NCBI GenBank assembly: GCA_020633975.1
Contig: JACKCR010000006.1
Span: 13,100-77,099 of the forward strand
Length of the DNA: 64,000 bases
Direction: 5' to 3'
DNA from: Candidatus Eiseniibacteriota bacterium
GTDB taxonomy: Bacteria; Eisenbacteria; RBG-16-71-46; CAIMUX01
Position numbers and translations under genes: made by a program
The notes under the pieces: generated by a model
Told to the model about the DNA's origin: nothing
Database searches by the model: none
What the model saw: only the letters and a program-made list of their open reading frames with translations
Part shown: piece by piece, positions 8,808 through 16,188 of the stretch
Layout of the letters: every line of letters begins with the position of its first letter
Numbering within the stretch: position 1 is the stretch's first letter

Positions 8808-10736
8808 TCATAGAGACCGCGCAGACGTGGTCTCGGCGATGAACACGATGGCGTCGAATCGCTCGGTCAATCGGTACTGTCGGGACATGGAGGTCTCGTC
8901 GAAGAATCCGTTCCCGATCTCACGCAGTGGCCGAGGAACGTCGAGCCACCGCCTCGCGGGGTCGTCCGGAGCGAGGGAGCGAAGATCGAGCACGAAGATG
9001 GACTCACCGACTCGCGCGAACGCGTGCTCGACGTTCTCTGGAGGGGCAGGACCGACGGAGAACGCGCGAAGCCCGCGTCGGCTCGAAGGGCCTCCGCCAT
9101 GGTCCACCGCCTGGAATCCGCCATGGTCGAAGCTGAATCCGAGGGTCACATAGCGAGAACCGAGATCTTTCGCGAGACGGCTTCCCATCGTCGTCCAGCC
9201 TGGTTCCGAGGTCCGTTGGATGTGCCCATTGTGTGCCCAGAGGACGACGCGAGTATCCGGGGGGTGGTCCTCCATGATCCACATTACGTTCTCTGCCATC
9301 GCTTCGTCTCGCGGCGTGTAAACCCCTTCCTGATACATCCGCGTGAACTGCTGAAGTAGGACTACCTCCTGCCTCGCGATGCGCCATTCCTTCGCGCTCG
9401 AGCGACTCTCGTACATCTCCCTGCGTTCGTCGATACGTTGCAGAAGGGCGTCCAACGAATCCTTCGACGCTTCGGGTTGGTCGGTCAGAGCAGATCCACC
9501 CCTGGCGTAGGACAGGAAGAGGTCGCCGAACCGGTCGGCCGCTTCCTCGTCGACGGACGGTAGATACGCCATCAAGTGGGTTACCGGCGTCTCGATGAAT
9601 TGCATGTCGAACCCGAGGAACTGCACCTCCTCTTGGTGCGAGGGGTCGAGATTGTAGCGACGCATCCACTCGACCATCTCCCAAACTTCTTCCGTGTCCC
9701 ACGTCCAGAATCTCATGTTCGCTACGGCCCGTGCCGCGGTCCCTCGTCCGTGGAGGACGTAGTCGTTGACCGCTTGGCAATCGGGCCAGCTGGCCTCGAT
9801 CGCGAAGACTCGGAACCCCATCTCTTCCACCAGGAACTCGACGAGTCGGTGCTTCAGCTGGAAGAACTCCCTCGTTCCGTGGGTGGCTTCTCCCAGCGCG
9901 ACGACACGAGCATCCCCGACGATGTCGCGGAGCGGTTCCAGGTCCGTGAAGCCGTGTTCGGCGAGAACGGTTGTGAGTGGCACGGCATGGGATCGGATGG
10001 ACTCCACGACGTCGTCGCCGGCGGGATTCAGCCGGTGGGCGAGCAGATCGATCTCGGTGTCCCGGTCTCCCGGGAATTGATGGGAGTCCAAGCGCAGCGT
10101 CGGGTCGCTGGTGGCGGCGTGGTACTCCTCCGCGTGCGGCAAGCGGACGCGGAATCGTCCCGCTCGGTCCGTTTCGACGTAGAAGATGTCCGCGTCCTCC
10201 GGGCCGACTCTGGGCAGCTCGATCATCGTGCCTGGGATCGGTCGTCCCTGTTCGTCGTGTACGTGTCCGCGGACGACGATGTCGACGTCGTTTTCCATGA
10301 GAACGTCAATCGCTTCGTAGAGCCCTGGGCCAAAGAGTCTCGGCTCTTCATACACAGCGGTGAGGGTTGCGGAGGTCACGGTGACCCCGAAGGTGCCGCT
10401 CCTGACCTGGGCGGTAAAGCGGCCCAAAGCGTCGGTACGGGCCACCGCCTCGGCATGTGGAGCGTCGCCCGCCACGAACGCGACCAGAGCGCGCTCGACG
10501 GGTCGCCCATCCTCGTCGCGTACGCTACCCACGATCGTGAACCGGGCGGGGTCCGACTCGGGGATCCCGAGGCCACGCTCCTCGATCGGGAGCGGTTCCT
10601 CGTCGAACTGAAGGTCCCATGCTCCCAGGTCACGGGTCGTTCCGATCGGCCCAAGCGCCGCGTACACCAGGATGAAGAGACCCGCAGCGAGCAGGCTCGT
10701 GAGGAGGAGATACTTCTTGGAGAGGATCCTCTTCAT
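8808..10736 (-). CDS. Erythromycin-esterase-family protein with N-terminal carboxypeptidase-regulatory-like repeats
   Basis: 642 aa with an N-terminal TM/signal. Two GxVxDxxGRPxxGA-type beta-sandwich segments are followed by VVALGEATHGTREFFQLKHRLVEFLVEEMGFRVFAIEASWPD, the GE(A/S)(T/S)HG core of the Ere/ChaN-like fold. Its ATG overlaps the upstream stop (ATGA). Confidence 0.75.
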   Translation of the reverse strand: MKRILSKKYLLLTSLLAAGLFILVYAALGPIGTTRDLGAWDLQFDEEPLPIEERGLGIPESDPARFTIVGSVRDEDGRPVERALVAFVAGDAPHAEAVARTDALGRFTAQVRSGTFGVTVTSATLTAVYEEPRLFGPGLYEAIDVLMENDVDIVVRGHVHDEQGRPIPGTMIELPRVGPEDADIFYVETDRAGRFRVRLPHAEEYHAATSDPTLRLDSHQFPGDRDTEIDLLAHRLNPAGDDVVESIRSHAVPLTTVLAEHGFTDLEPLRDIVGDARVVALGEATHGTREFFQLKHRLVEFLVEEMGFRVFAIEASWPDCQAVNDYVLHGRGTAARAVANMRFWTWDTEEVWEMVEWMRRYNLDPSHQEEVQFLGFDMQFIETPVTHLMAYLPSVDEEAADRFGDLFLSYARGGSALTDQPEASKDSLDALLQRIDERREMYESRSSAKEWRIARQEVVLLQQFTRMYQEGVYTPRDEAMAENVMWIMEDHPPDTRVVLWAHNGHIQRTSEPGWTTMGSRLAKDLGSRYVTLGFSFDHGGFQAVDHGGGPSSRRGLRAFSVGPAPPENVEHAFARVGESIFVLDLRSLAPDDPARRWLDVPRPLREIGNGFFDETSMSRQYRLTERFDAIVFIAETTSARSL

Positions 10737-11482
10737 CGTGGAAAGGCACGCTCCGAGCTCTCGACACCGCGGAGTTGCCCGCCGACCGTTCTCAGGAGCC
10801 CGAGTTGGAGGTAGACCGTTTCATTCCTCCAGTTGGAGTGGGCGAATCCGTCGTCGGGGAACTCTTCCCTCACGTCGGTCAGGCCGGTGACGAAGCCGAG
10901 TTCCAAGAAGGAGCGCGTTGCAGCGCCCAGGGGAAGCTCGAGACCGGCACTGAATCGCGCGGAGAGGTCGATGAGCTTGGAGCCATCCTTGGCGTCGTAC
11001 TCGACGGACCCGTCCGGCGACGTGTACTCGAACGTTTGTTTTGCTGAGAGCAGGAAGCCGATCTCCGCTCCCGCTTCGAGGTAGGGCCTGAGTCTGTCGG
11101 CGTCGCCGTCGCCCAGCGGAAATCCCAGCTTGGCAGCGAGGGGGAGGGTCAGATAGTCGAAGTCGAACGTGATCTCGCTGACCCCGCTGGTGCCCCGAGG
11201 CAGGATGATGACTTCTTCGTAGAAGTGAGCCGACCTTCCACCCTTCTGGCTGAACCCGACGCCGGTCGAGACGGACAGTCTCTCGCTGAGCCCGAGCTCG
11301 AGGGTGCCGTCGATCCGCACGCCGGGCTTGGACTCCAGCCCAAGGTAGTCATCGGACGAGATCCGAGAGAAGTCGACCCCGATGCCTCCGCCGACGTCGA
11401 CTCGAGTCAGGGCTCCGACGGTCGTGTGGAGAAGCGTGAGTAGCAGGAAGGCTAGTGCGAATGCTCGAAAGCCAAGATACAT
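10733..11482 (-). CDS. Outer-membrane beta-barrel (porin-family) protein
   Basis: 249 aa. Has a signal peptide, alternating hydrophobic beta-strand pattern (GVRIDGTLELGLSERLSVSTGVGFSQKGG), aromatic-rich strands and a terminal region typical of small OMP barrels. Confidence 0.65.
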   Translation of the reverse strand: MYLGFRAFALAFLLLTLLHTTVGALTRVDVGGGIGVDFSRISSDDYLGLESKPGVRIDGTLELGLSERLSVSTGVGFSQKGGRSAHFYEEVIILPRGTSGVSEITFDFDYLTLPLAAKLGFPLGDGDADRLRPYLEAGAEIGFLLSAKQTFEYTSPDGSVEYDAKDGSKLIDLSARFSAGLELPLGAATRSFLELGFVTGLTDVREEFPDDGFAHSNWRNETVYLQLGLLRTVGGQLRGVESSERAFPR

Positions 11483-11495
11483 CCCGCCCTCCGCG

Positions 11496-12446
11496 TTACT
11501 CCACCTCGACCCGCATGCTGGAGATCTGCTTCATCGGCATCTCCATCGTGCTTCCGTCCTGCGGACTCTTCATCGTCATCGTGAACTGCTGGTCCATGGT
11601 CATTCCGCGCATCCAGCCGAGTTCGTTGTCCCAGTAGATCCGGCCAGAGCTCGTGCCGCCACTGATCGACATCCCCATTTGCTTCAGCATGGAGAGCTCC
11701 TCCGGAGTGGAGTCGTCGCCGGAGAGGTCCATGTCGACGGTTGCGTTCATGTCGATGGCTGCGCAGTCGTGGCCCTCGTACTTCGTGAAACCTGCCAGGG
11801 TGAACGAGCCTTTGAACGACATCGATCCGAAGCCGGTTAGATTCCAGTCGACATCGAGCGGCCAGACGTCTCCCGCCTTCACGGGCTTCTCGGGGAAGAA
11901 CTGGGTGATCCAGGTCTGGAGCATCTGACTCATCTGCTCCTCGTTCATGAACTGGCCTGCGATCTGCTTGGCGTTGGGGTCCATACCCATCGCATCGAAG
12001 ATGTTCTGCATGTCCATTTCGACGATCTGATTGTCCTCGTCGAAGGTCATGGTGAACTCCTTGCCAATCATCTGGCCGACCATTGCAAGCGGGCTCTGCG
12101 CGTCGGGTGTGTCGCTATCGAAGGTCATCTGTTGGCCCATGGCGTCGACCGTCATCGCCATCCGGTCGTACTTGCTGTCGAGGCGGATGTTGCCCTGGCC
12201 AGCGTCCGACGCGGCCATCGACATCGCCATCTCCATGTGCGTCTTCTGGTCCAAGGTCTGATCGCCCATGGGGAAGCTCATGCTCATGTCCATGTCCATG
12301 AACGTGCGGTAGGTCGTGCCGGGCTGCCATTGGTAGTGAAGCTGGATCGGGGCTCGATTCTGCTCGAGCTCTTGGGCCGCGAGGAGCCCGGCCGAGCACA
12401 CTCCAATCATGGTTGCGGCCAGGATTCCCTTCCACCGGACGGACAT
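11496..12446 (-). CDS. Secreted methionine-rich protein (about 38 Met in about 295 mature residues)
   Basis: ORF 11496..12500. The internal ATG at 12446 is preceded by GAAGGAG. Signal peptide MSVRWKGILAATMIGVCSAGLLAAQ. Motifs include FMDMDMSMSFPM, HMEMAMSM, GWMRGMTMDQQFTMTM and STMEMPM. Confidence 0.7.
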   Translation of the reverse strand: MSVRWKGILAATMIGVCSAGLLAAQELEQNRAPIQLHYQWQPGTTYRTFMDMDMSMSFPMGDQTLDQKTHMEMAMSMAASDAGQGNIRLDSKYDRMAMTVDAMGQQMTFDSDTPDAQSPLAMVGQMIGKEFTMTFDEDNQIVEMDMQNIFDAMGMDPNAKQIAGQFMNEEQMSQMLQTWITQFFPEKPVKAGDVWPLDVDWNLTGFGSMSFKGSFTLAGFTKYEGHDCAAIDMNATVDMDLSGDDSTPEELSMLKQMGMSISGGTSSGRIYWDNELGWMRGMTMDQQFTMTMKSPQDGSTMEMPMKQISSMRVEVE

Positions 12447-12573
12447 GACGATCTCCTTCTCGCGGCTCACAGTGGGTCGAATGGCCTTCCAATCCAACAC
12501 TGATCAAGGCGCCAGGATACCAGACATGTCGCGCTTCCGCAGAGGACGGGGATGTCCGTCGTACGACGAGAAC

Positions 12574-12611
12574 GGCCGGCTCCGGGATTGTCCGGGGCCG
12601 GCCTCTTCGTT
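12574..12611. terminator. GC-rich hairpin followed by a T-rich tract
   Basis: GGCCGGCTCCGG (12574-12585) pairs with CCGGGGCCGGCC (12592-12603). That is 12 bp with one G-U on the plus-strand RNA and a 6-nt loop, followed by TCTTCGTT. It lies about 110 nt beyond the stop of the minus-strand gene 12723..13940. Confidence 0.4.
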
Positions 12612-12722
12612 GCTGGGGTTCTTCTAGGTTTGTGGATCGTTCCGGGCTCGTAGATCCTTCGGGGTCCGGAGTGTTCGGCGCGTTGAGGGTGGTTGCCTCC
12701 CGCTCCGAACCCCGACCGGACC

Positions 12723-13940
12723 TTACGCCTTGAGCTGACGGATGGTGTTCATGCTGGTGTCGTGGAGCGACTTCAGGATGTTCGACATGGTCTGGAACAT
12801 CTGCTGACGCTTCTGCATGAGCTGCTGGAGCTGCGTCTGGAGGAGCTGGAGGTTCGAGCTGTTCTGGCTGCTCGATCCGTTCGCGCCACCCGCGCTGGAG
12901 CTTCCGCCGCCACCGAGGAGGCCGCCGAACAGTCCGCCCACGGTCTTGCCGATGCTGCCGAAGATGCCGCCGATGCCGCCGCCACCGTTCGAGCCGTTCG
13001 ACCCGTTCGCGCCGCCGTTCTTCTCGTTCGTCATCTGCGTCTCGATGTCCTTCATCTTCTGCTCGATCTGCTTGTCCATGTGCTCGGTCAGCTTCGCCAT
13101 CAGGAGTGCGAGCTTGTCCTCGAGCGACAGGCTCGGATCGGAGAGGACGGAGTCCGTCGAACCGACACCGTTCGTGCCGTTGGAACCGTTGCTGCCGTTG
13201 CTTCCGTTCGTGCCGTTGCTACCGTTGGCGCCGTTCGCACCGCCGAAGAGCTTGCCGAGGATGTCCTGGATGCCGCCACCGAGAGCGTTGCCGAGGGCCG
13301 CGCCGGCACCGCCGATCGCGTTCATGGCCGGGTGGAAGGCGAACGACGGCGGGAAGAACGGACGCGGGGCGCAGGCGTTGCCCGGGTGCCAGGCGAACTT
13401 CGTCCGCGTCTTGTAGGTCGTGGCCTGACCGTCGATCCGGCCGTCCTTGGCGTCACGGAAGATGTCGCCCATGCTGTCGTACTTCCGGCCGCGGTAGAGA
13501 TAGTCACCGTCCGCCAGCTTGATCGGCTTGGCGAAGGAGCCGGCGTACTGCTGACCGGAGATCCGGCCCTGGAGCTTGAACGGTCCCCAGTTGAAGCCGT
13601 AGCGCTCACCAACGTGGGCACGCTTGCCGACCTGCTCACGGACCGCGTAGGTCTGCTTGTAGGCGTGGAGGTGTCCACCGGTGCAGCCGCAGCGCGGCGC
13701 GAAGGCGCGAGCGAAGCCGGGGCGACGAGCGCCGCCGAAGATCGAGTCCATCTGACGGGTGGAGAGTCCGCTGTTGAGGTCGACGAGGTTCCGGAAGGCG
13801 CCGGCGACGTTGCCGGAGCGGAGGTCGACGAGAGCGCCGAGGGCGTCGCCGAAGGCGTCCGGGTAGCCGAGGGAGTCGAGAGCGCGGTTGATCTGGGTGC
13901 CGAGGGAGTAGTTCGCTGCGGGGTTGCCGATCGTCGTCAT
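12723..13940 (-). CDS. Gly/Asn/Ser-rich harpin-like protein, function unknown
   Basis: ORF 12723..14069. The internal ATG at 13940 is preceded by GGAAAGGA. 405 aa with no signal peptide. Contains the tracts GGANGANGSNGTNGSNGSNGSNGTNG and GGIFGSIGKTVGGLFGGLLGGGG, and a Gln-rich amphipathic C-terminus LQLLQTQLQQLMQKRQQMFQTMSNILKSLHDTSMNTIRQLKA. Confidence 0.65.
   Translation of the reverse strand: MTTIGNPAANYSLGTQINRALDSLGYPDAFGDALGALVDLRSGNVAGAFRNLVDLNSGLSTRQMDSIFGGARRPGFARAFAPRCGCTGGHLHAYKQTYAVREQVGKRAHVGERYGFNWGPFKLQGRISGQQYAGSFAKPIKLADGDYLYRGRKYDSMGDIFRDAKDGRIDGQATTYKTRTKFAWHPGNACAPRPFFPPSFAFHPAMNAIGGAGAALGNALGGGIQDILGKLFGGANGANGSNGTNGSNGSNGSNGTNGVGSTDSVLSDPSLSLEDKLALLMAKLTEHMDKQIEQKMKDIETQMTNEKNGGANGSNGSNGGGGIGGIFGSIGKTVGGLFGGLLGGGGSSSAGGANGSSSQNSSNLQLLQTQLQQLMQKRQQMFQTMSNILKSLHDTSMNTIRQLKA
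13167..13244 (-). repeat. Imperfect 9-nt periodic coding repeat (AAC-GGN-NNN) encoding (N-G-S/T/A)n
   Basis: The minus strand reads ggc ggt gcg aac ggc gcc aac ggt agc aac ggc acg aac gga agc aac ggc agc aac ggt tcc aac ggc acg aac ggt. A shorter second run lies at 12975-13019. Confidence 0.8.
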
Positions 13941-14415
13941 TGGGGTCACGTCCTTTCCAGGGTCCGGGAGGGAGCCTGTGGCTCTTTCCTCTCCGGTGCC
14001 GCCCCAAGGGGCTGGCGTTCTGTGTCTCGTGGTCGGGGGCCGGAGCACTGCCGACCTGTTCTGGCCCACTTATCCGGGGTCAGGAAGGACGAGTTGCGGG
14101 GAGAATCGAAGAAAGTGCGGGGCGGCGGGGCGAAACGCACGGGAGGACCGGTGGCCCGGGTCTGATGGGGAGAGCGGGAGGTTCGAGGAGGCGGACAAGG
14201 GCGAGTGCTGCGATCCGTTCGTGGCCTCGAGGCGGACCTGGCTCCTACCGCCCGAGTTGACTAGGAGTCCCGAGGCTCGCTACGGTTGTACGGTCAATCC
14301 TGCCCTGTCATCACGGACGACGGCTCTGCTCGTTGAGAGGTGACGCCCACAGACGGTCGCAGCGCAATCTTGCGCATCGGGCCATGAGCATCCATACCAG
14401 AAGGGGTGGAACTAC

Positions 14416-16134
14416 ATGTCCAAACGCTTCCCGGCCCCCAGTCTCCGTGCTCTCTGCCTCACTTTCGCTCTTCCGATCCTCGCTCTTCCGGCGCCTTTCC
14501 CCGGGGAGGTGCGGGCCGCGCTCCCCGATGGATTCGTCATCGAGAATGCGTTCCCCGGCGTCAACTTCGCTGTTCCGGTTGCGTTCGCGTTCCTGCCCGA
14601 CGGGAGAACTCTGGTTGCCGAGAAGTCAGGGTATGTGCGACTTGTCCTGGCGAATGGAACGCAAGCTCCGCTTCCGTTCCTGGATCTCACGGCGCCGACG
14701 TACAACAGCGGTGATCTCGGCCTGCTCGGCCTCGCGGTCGATCCCGACTTCGAGACGAACAGGTGGGTCTACGTCCTGTACACGGTCGATACGGGCGCAG
14801 ACGATCGGTACTCGCGCCTTGTACGGTACCAGGCGAGTCTCTCCGATCCGAACGTGGCGGACGTATCGACGAAGCAGGTCTTGATCGGCGATACGTGGCC
14901 GGAGGGGATTCCCACGCTGCACACCAGCCACTCGGTCTGCTCGATCCGGTTCGGGGAGGACAAGAGTCTCCTCATCGGACATGGCGATGGGGGGCGCTTC
15001 GAAGCGGTGGACGCCGGCGGACAGGATCCGGGTGGGTTCGGTCCAGGAAAGACGGATCCCGCAGAAGACATCGGCGCGTTCCGCGCACGTGCTGTCGTCA
15101 CGAGCATGGCCGGCAAGATCCTGCGGCTCGACAAGGAGACGGGACTGGGTCTTCCGTCGAATCCGTTCTGGGACGGGGATCCTGGATCGGATGCGTCTCG
15201 AGTTTGGGCCTACGGGCTTCGGAATCCGTTCCGCTTTTCGCTGAGGCCCGGCACGGGAAGTACCGATCCTGCGGATGGAGATCCCGGCACTCTCTACATC
15301 GGGGATGTCGGCTGGAATATCTGGGAGGAGGTCAACGTAGCCTCGACGGGCGGTACGAACTTCGGGTGGCCGTGCTGGGAGGGACCACTCAACAACTCTC
15401 TCTACCAGAACGTCGACGAGACGGCGGCCGGGAACGAGGACGTGCTCTGCGACGCGGGACTGAGCGGCGAGAACCCGTCCTCTGACTCGTTCCCTGTCGT
15501 GTGGTGGCACCATTCCAACCCGTCGTCCTCGAACCCGCCCGGACTCACGGCGCTCAGCGTGACGGGCGGCGTCTTCTACGAAGGTGGATCCTATCCGGCA
15601 GAGTACGTGGGCCGCTACTTCGTCGGCGCGTTCGTCCGCGACTGGATCCTCACCATGGACTTCGACGAGACCGACGCCTTCCTCCACCACTCGATCTTCA
15701 CCGATGTGGGAGACCATCCGGTGTACTTCGAGATCGACCCGGCCACCGGGGACGTCTGCTACGCCGCCATCTTCAACGGCACGATCAATCGGATCCGCTA
15801 TGAGGCTCCTGCCGACGCTCCGGCTCCGGTTGCGTCGGGTGCAACCGAACGGGTCCGCTGGAGCTCGGATGGCGCTCCGAACCCGTTCTCAGACCACACG
15901 GCACTCTCGTTCGTGCTCGAGAGGGAGCAGCTCACTTCGGTCGATGTGTTCGACTTGGAGGGGCGCCTCGTCGCGAACGCGCTAACCCAAGAAGCGAGGG
16001 CTGCGGGTACCTACCAGGTCACGTGGGACGGAATGGACGCCGACGGCAACGAAGCCGCGTCTGGCGTCTACTTCATGGTTCTTCGGTCGGCGAACGGAGG
16101 CGACACACGCAAGGTCGTCCTCGCGCGGAACTGA
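14416..16134 (+). CDS. PQQ-dependent sugar (glucose/sorbosone) dehydrogenase-like beta-propeller with a FlgD-Ig/T9SS-type C-terminal domain
   Basis: 572 aa with a signal peptide. LPDGFVIENAFPGVNFAVPVAFAFLPDGRTLVAEKSGYVRLV, GLLGLAVDPDF, HSVCSIRFGEDKSLLIGHGDGG and YGLRNPFRFS are typical of the soluble GSDH family. The last 84 aa (15880-16131) form the C-terminal domain. Confidence 0.8.
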   Translation: MSKRFPAPSLRALCLTFALPILALPAPFPGEVRAALPDGFVIENAFPGVNFAVPVAFAFLPDGRTLVAEKSGYVRLVLANGTQAPLPFLDLTAPTYNSGDLGLLGLAVDPDFETNRWVYVLYTVDTGADDRYSRLVRYQASLSDPNVADVSTKQVLIGDTWPEGIPTLHTSHSVCSIRFGEDKSLLIGHGDGGRFEAVDAGGQDPGGFGPGKTDPAEDIGAFRARAVVTSMAGKILRLDKETGLGLPSNPFWDGDPGSDASRVWAYGLRNPFRFSLRPGTGSTDPADGDPGTLYIGDVGWNIWEEVNVASTGGTNFGWPCWEGPLNNSLYQNVDETAAGNEDVLCDAGLSGENPSSDSFPVVWWHHSNPSSSNPPGLTALSVTGGVFYEGGSYPAEYVGRYFVGAFVRDWILTMDFDETDAFLHHSIFTDVGDHPVYFEIDPATGDVCYAAIFNGTINRIRYEAPADAPAPVASGATERVRWSSDGAPNPFSDHTALSFVLEREQLTSVDVFDLEGRLVANALTQEARAAGTYQVTWDGMDADGNEAASGVYFMVLRSANGGDTRKVVLARN

Positions 16135-16158
16135 GACGCGGAACCTGAGCGAGTCGTG

Positions 16159-16188
16159 AGCGAGCGCGAACACCTGAGCGCGCTCGCT
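16159..16188. terminator. Hairpin between convergent genes
   Basis: AGCGAGCGCG (16159-16168) pairs perfectly with CGCGCTCGCT (16179-16188), with a 10-nt loop. It lies between the stop at 16134 (+) and the stop at 16187-16189 (-). There is no clear U-tract. Confidence 0.4.

Noticed and set aside
12693-14165. 490-aa plus-strand ORF opposite the harpin-like gene. Similar long antisense or alternative-frame ORFs include 9576..10814, 14626..15717, 17299..18885, 25418..26734, 27070..28062, 38259..39356, 41459..42613, 42935..44287, 44974..46053, 57435..58814 and 60366..61466.
   Set aside because: These are shadow ORFs, typical of GC-rich DNA. Their translations are Arg/Gly/Asp/Val-rich with no motifs. 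Each lies opposite or out of frame to a gene with clear family signatures, an SD motif and a signal peptide.
13941-14415. Search for an hrp-box (GGAACC-N15/16-CCACNNA) or sigma-54 promoter in the 475-nt region upstream of the harpin-like gene.
   Set aside because: No match with correct spacing on the relevant strand. The nearest GGTTCG/GTGG pair is about 25 nt apart. This gives no support for HrpL-type regulation.
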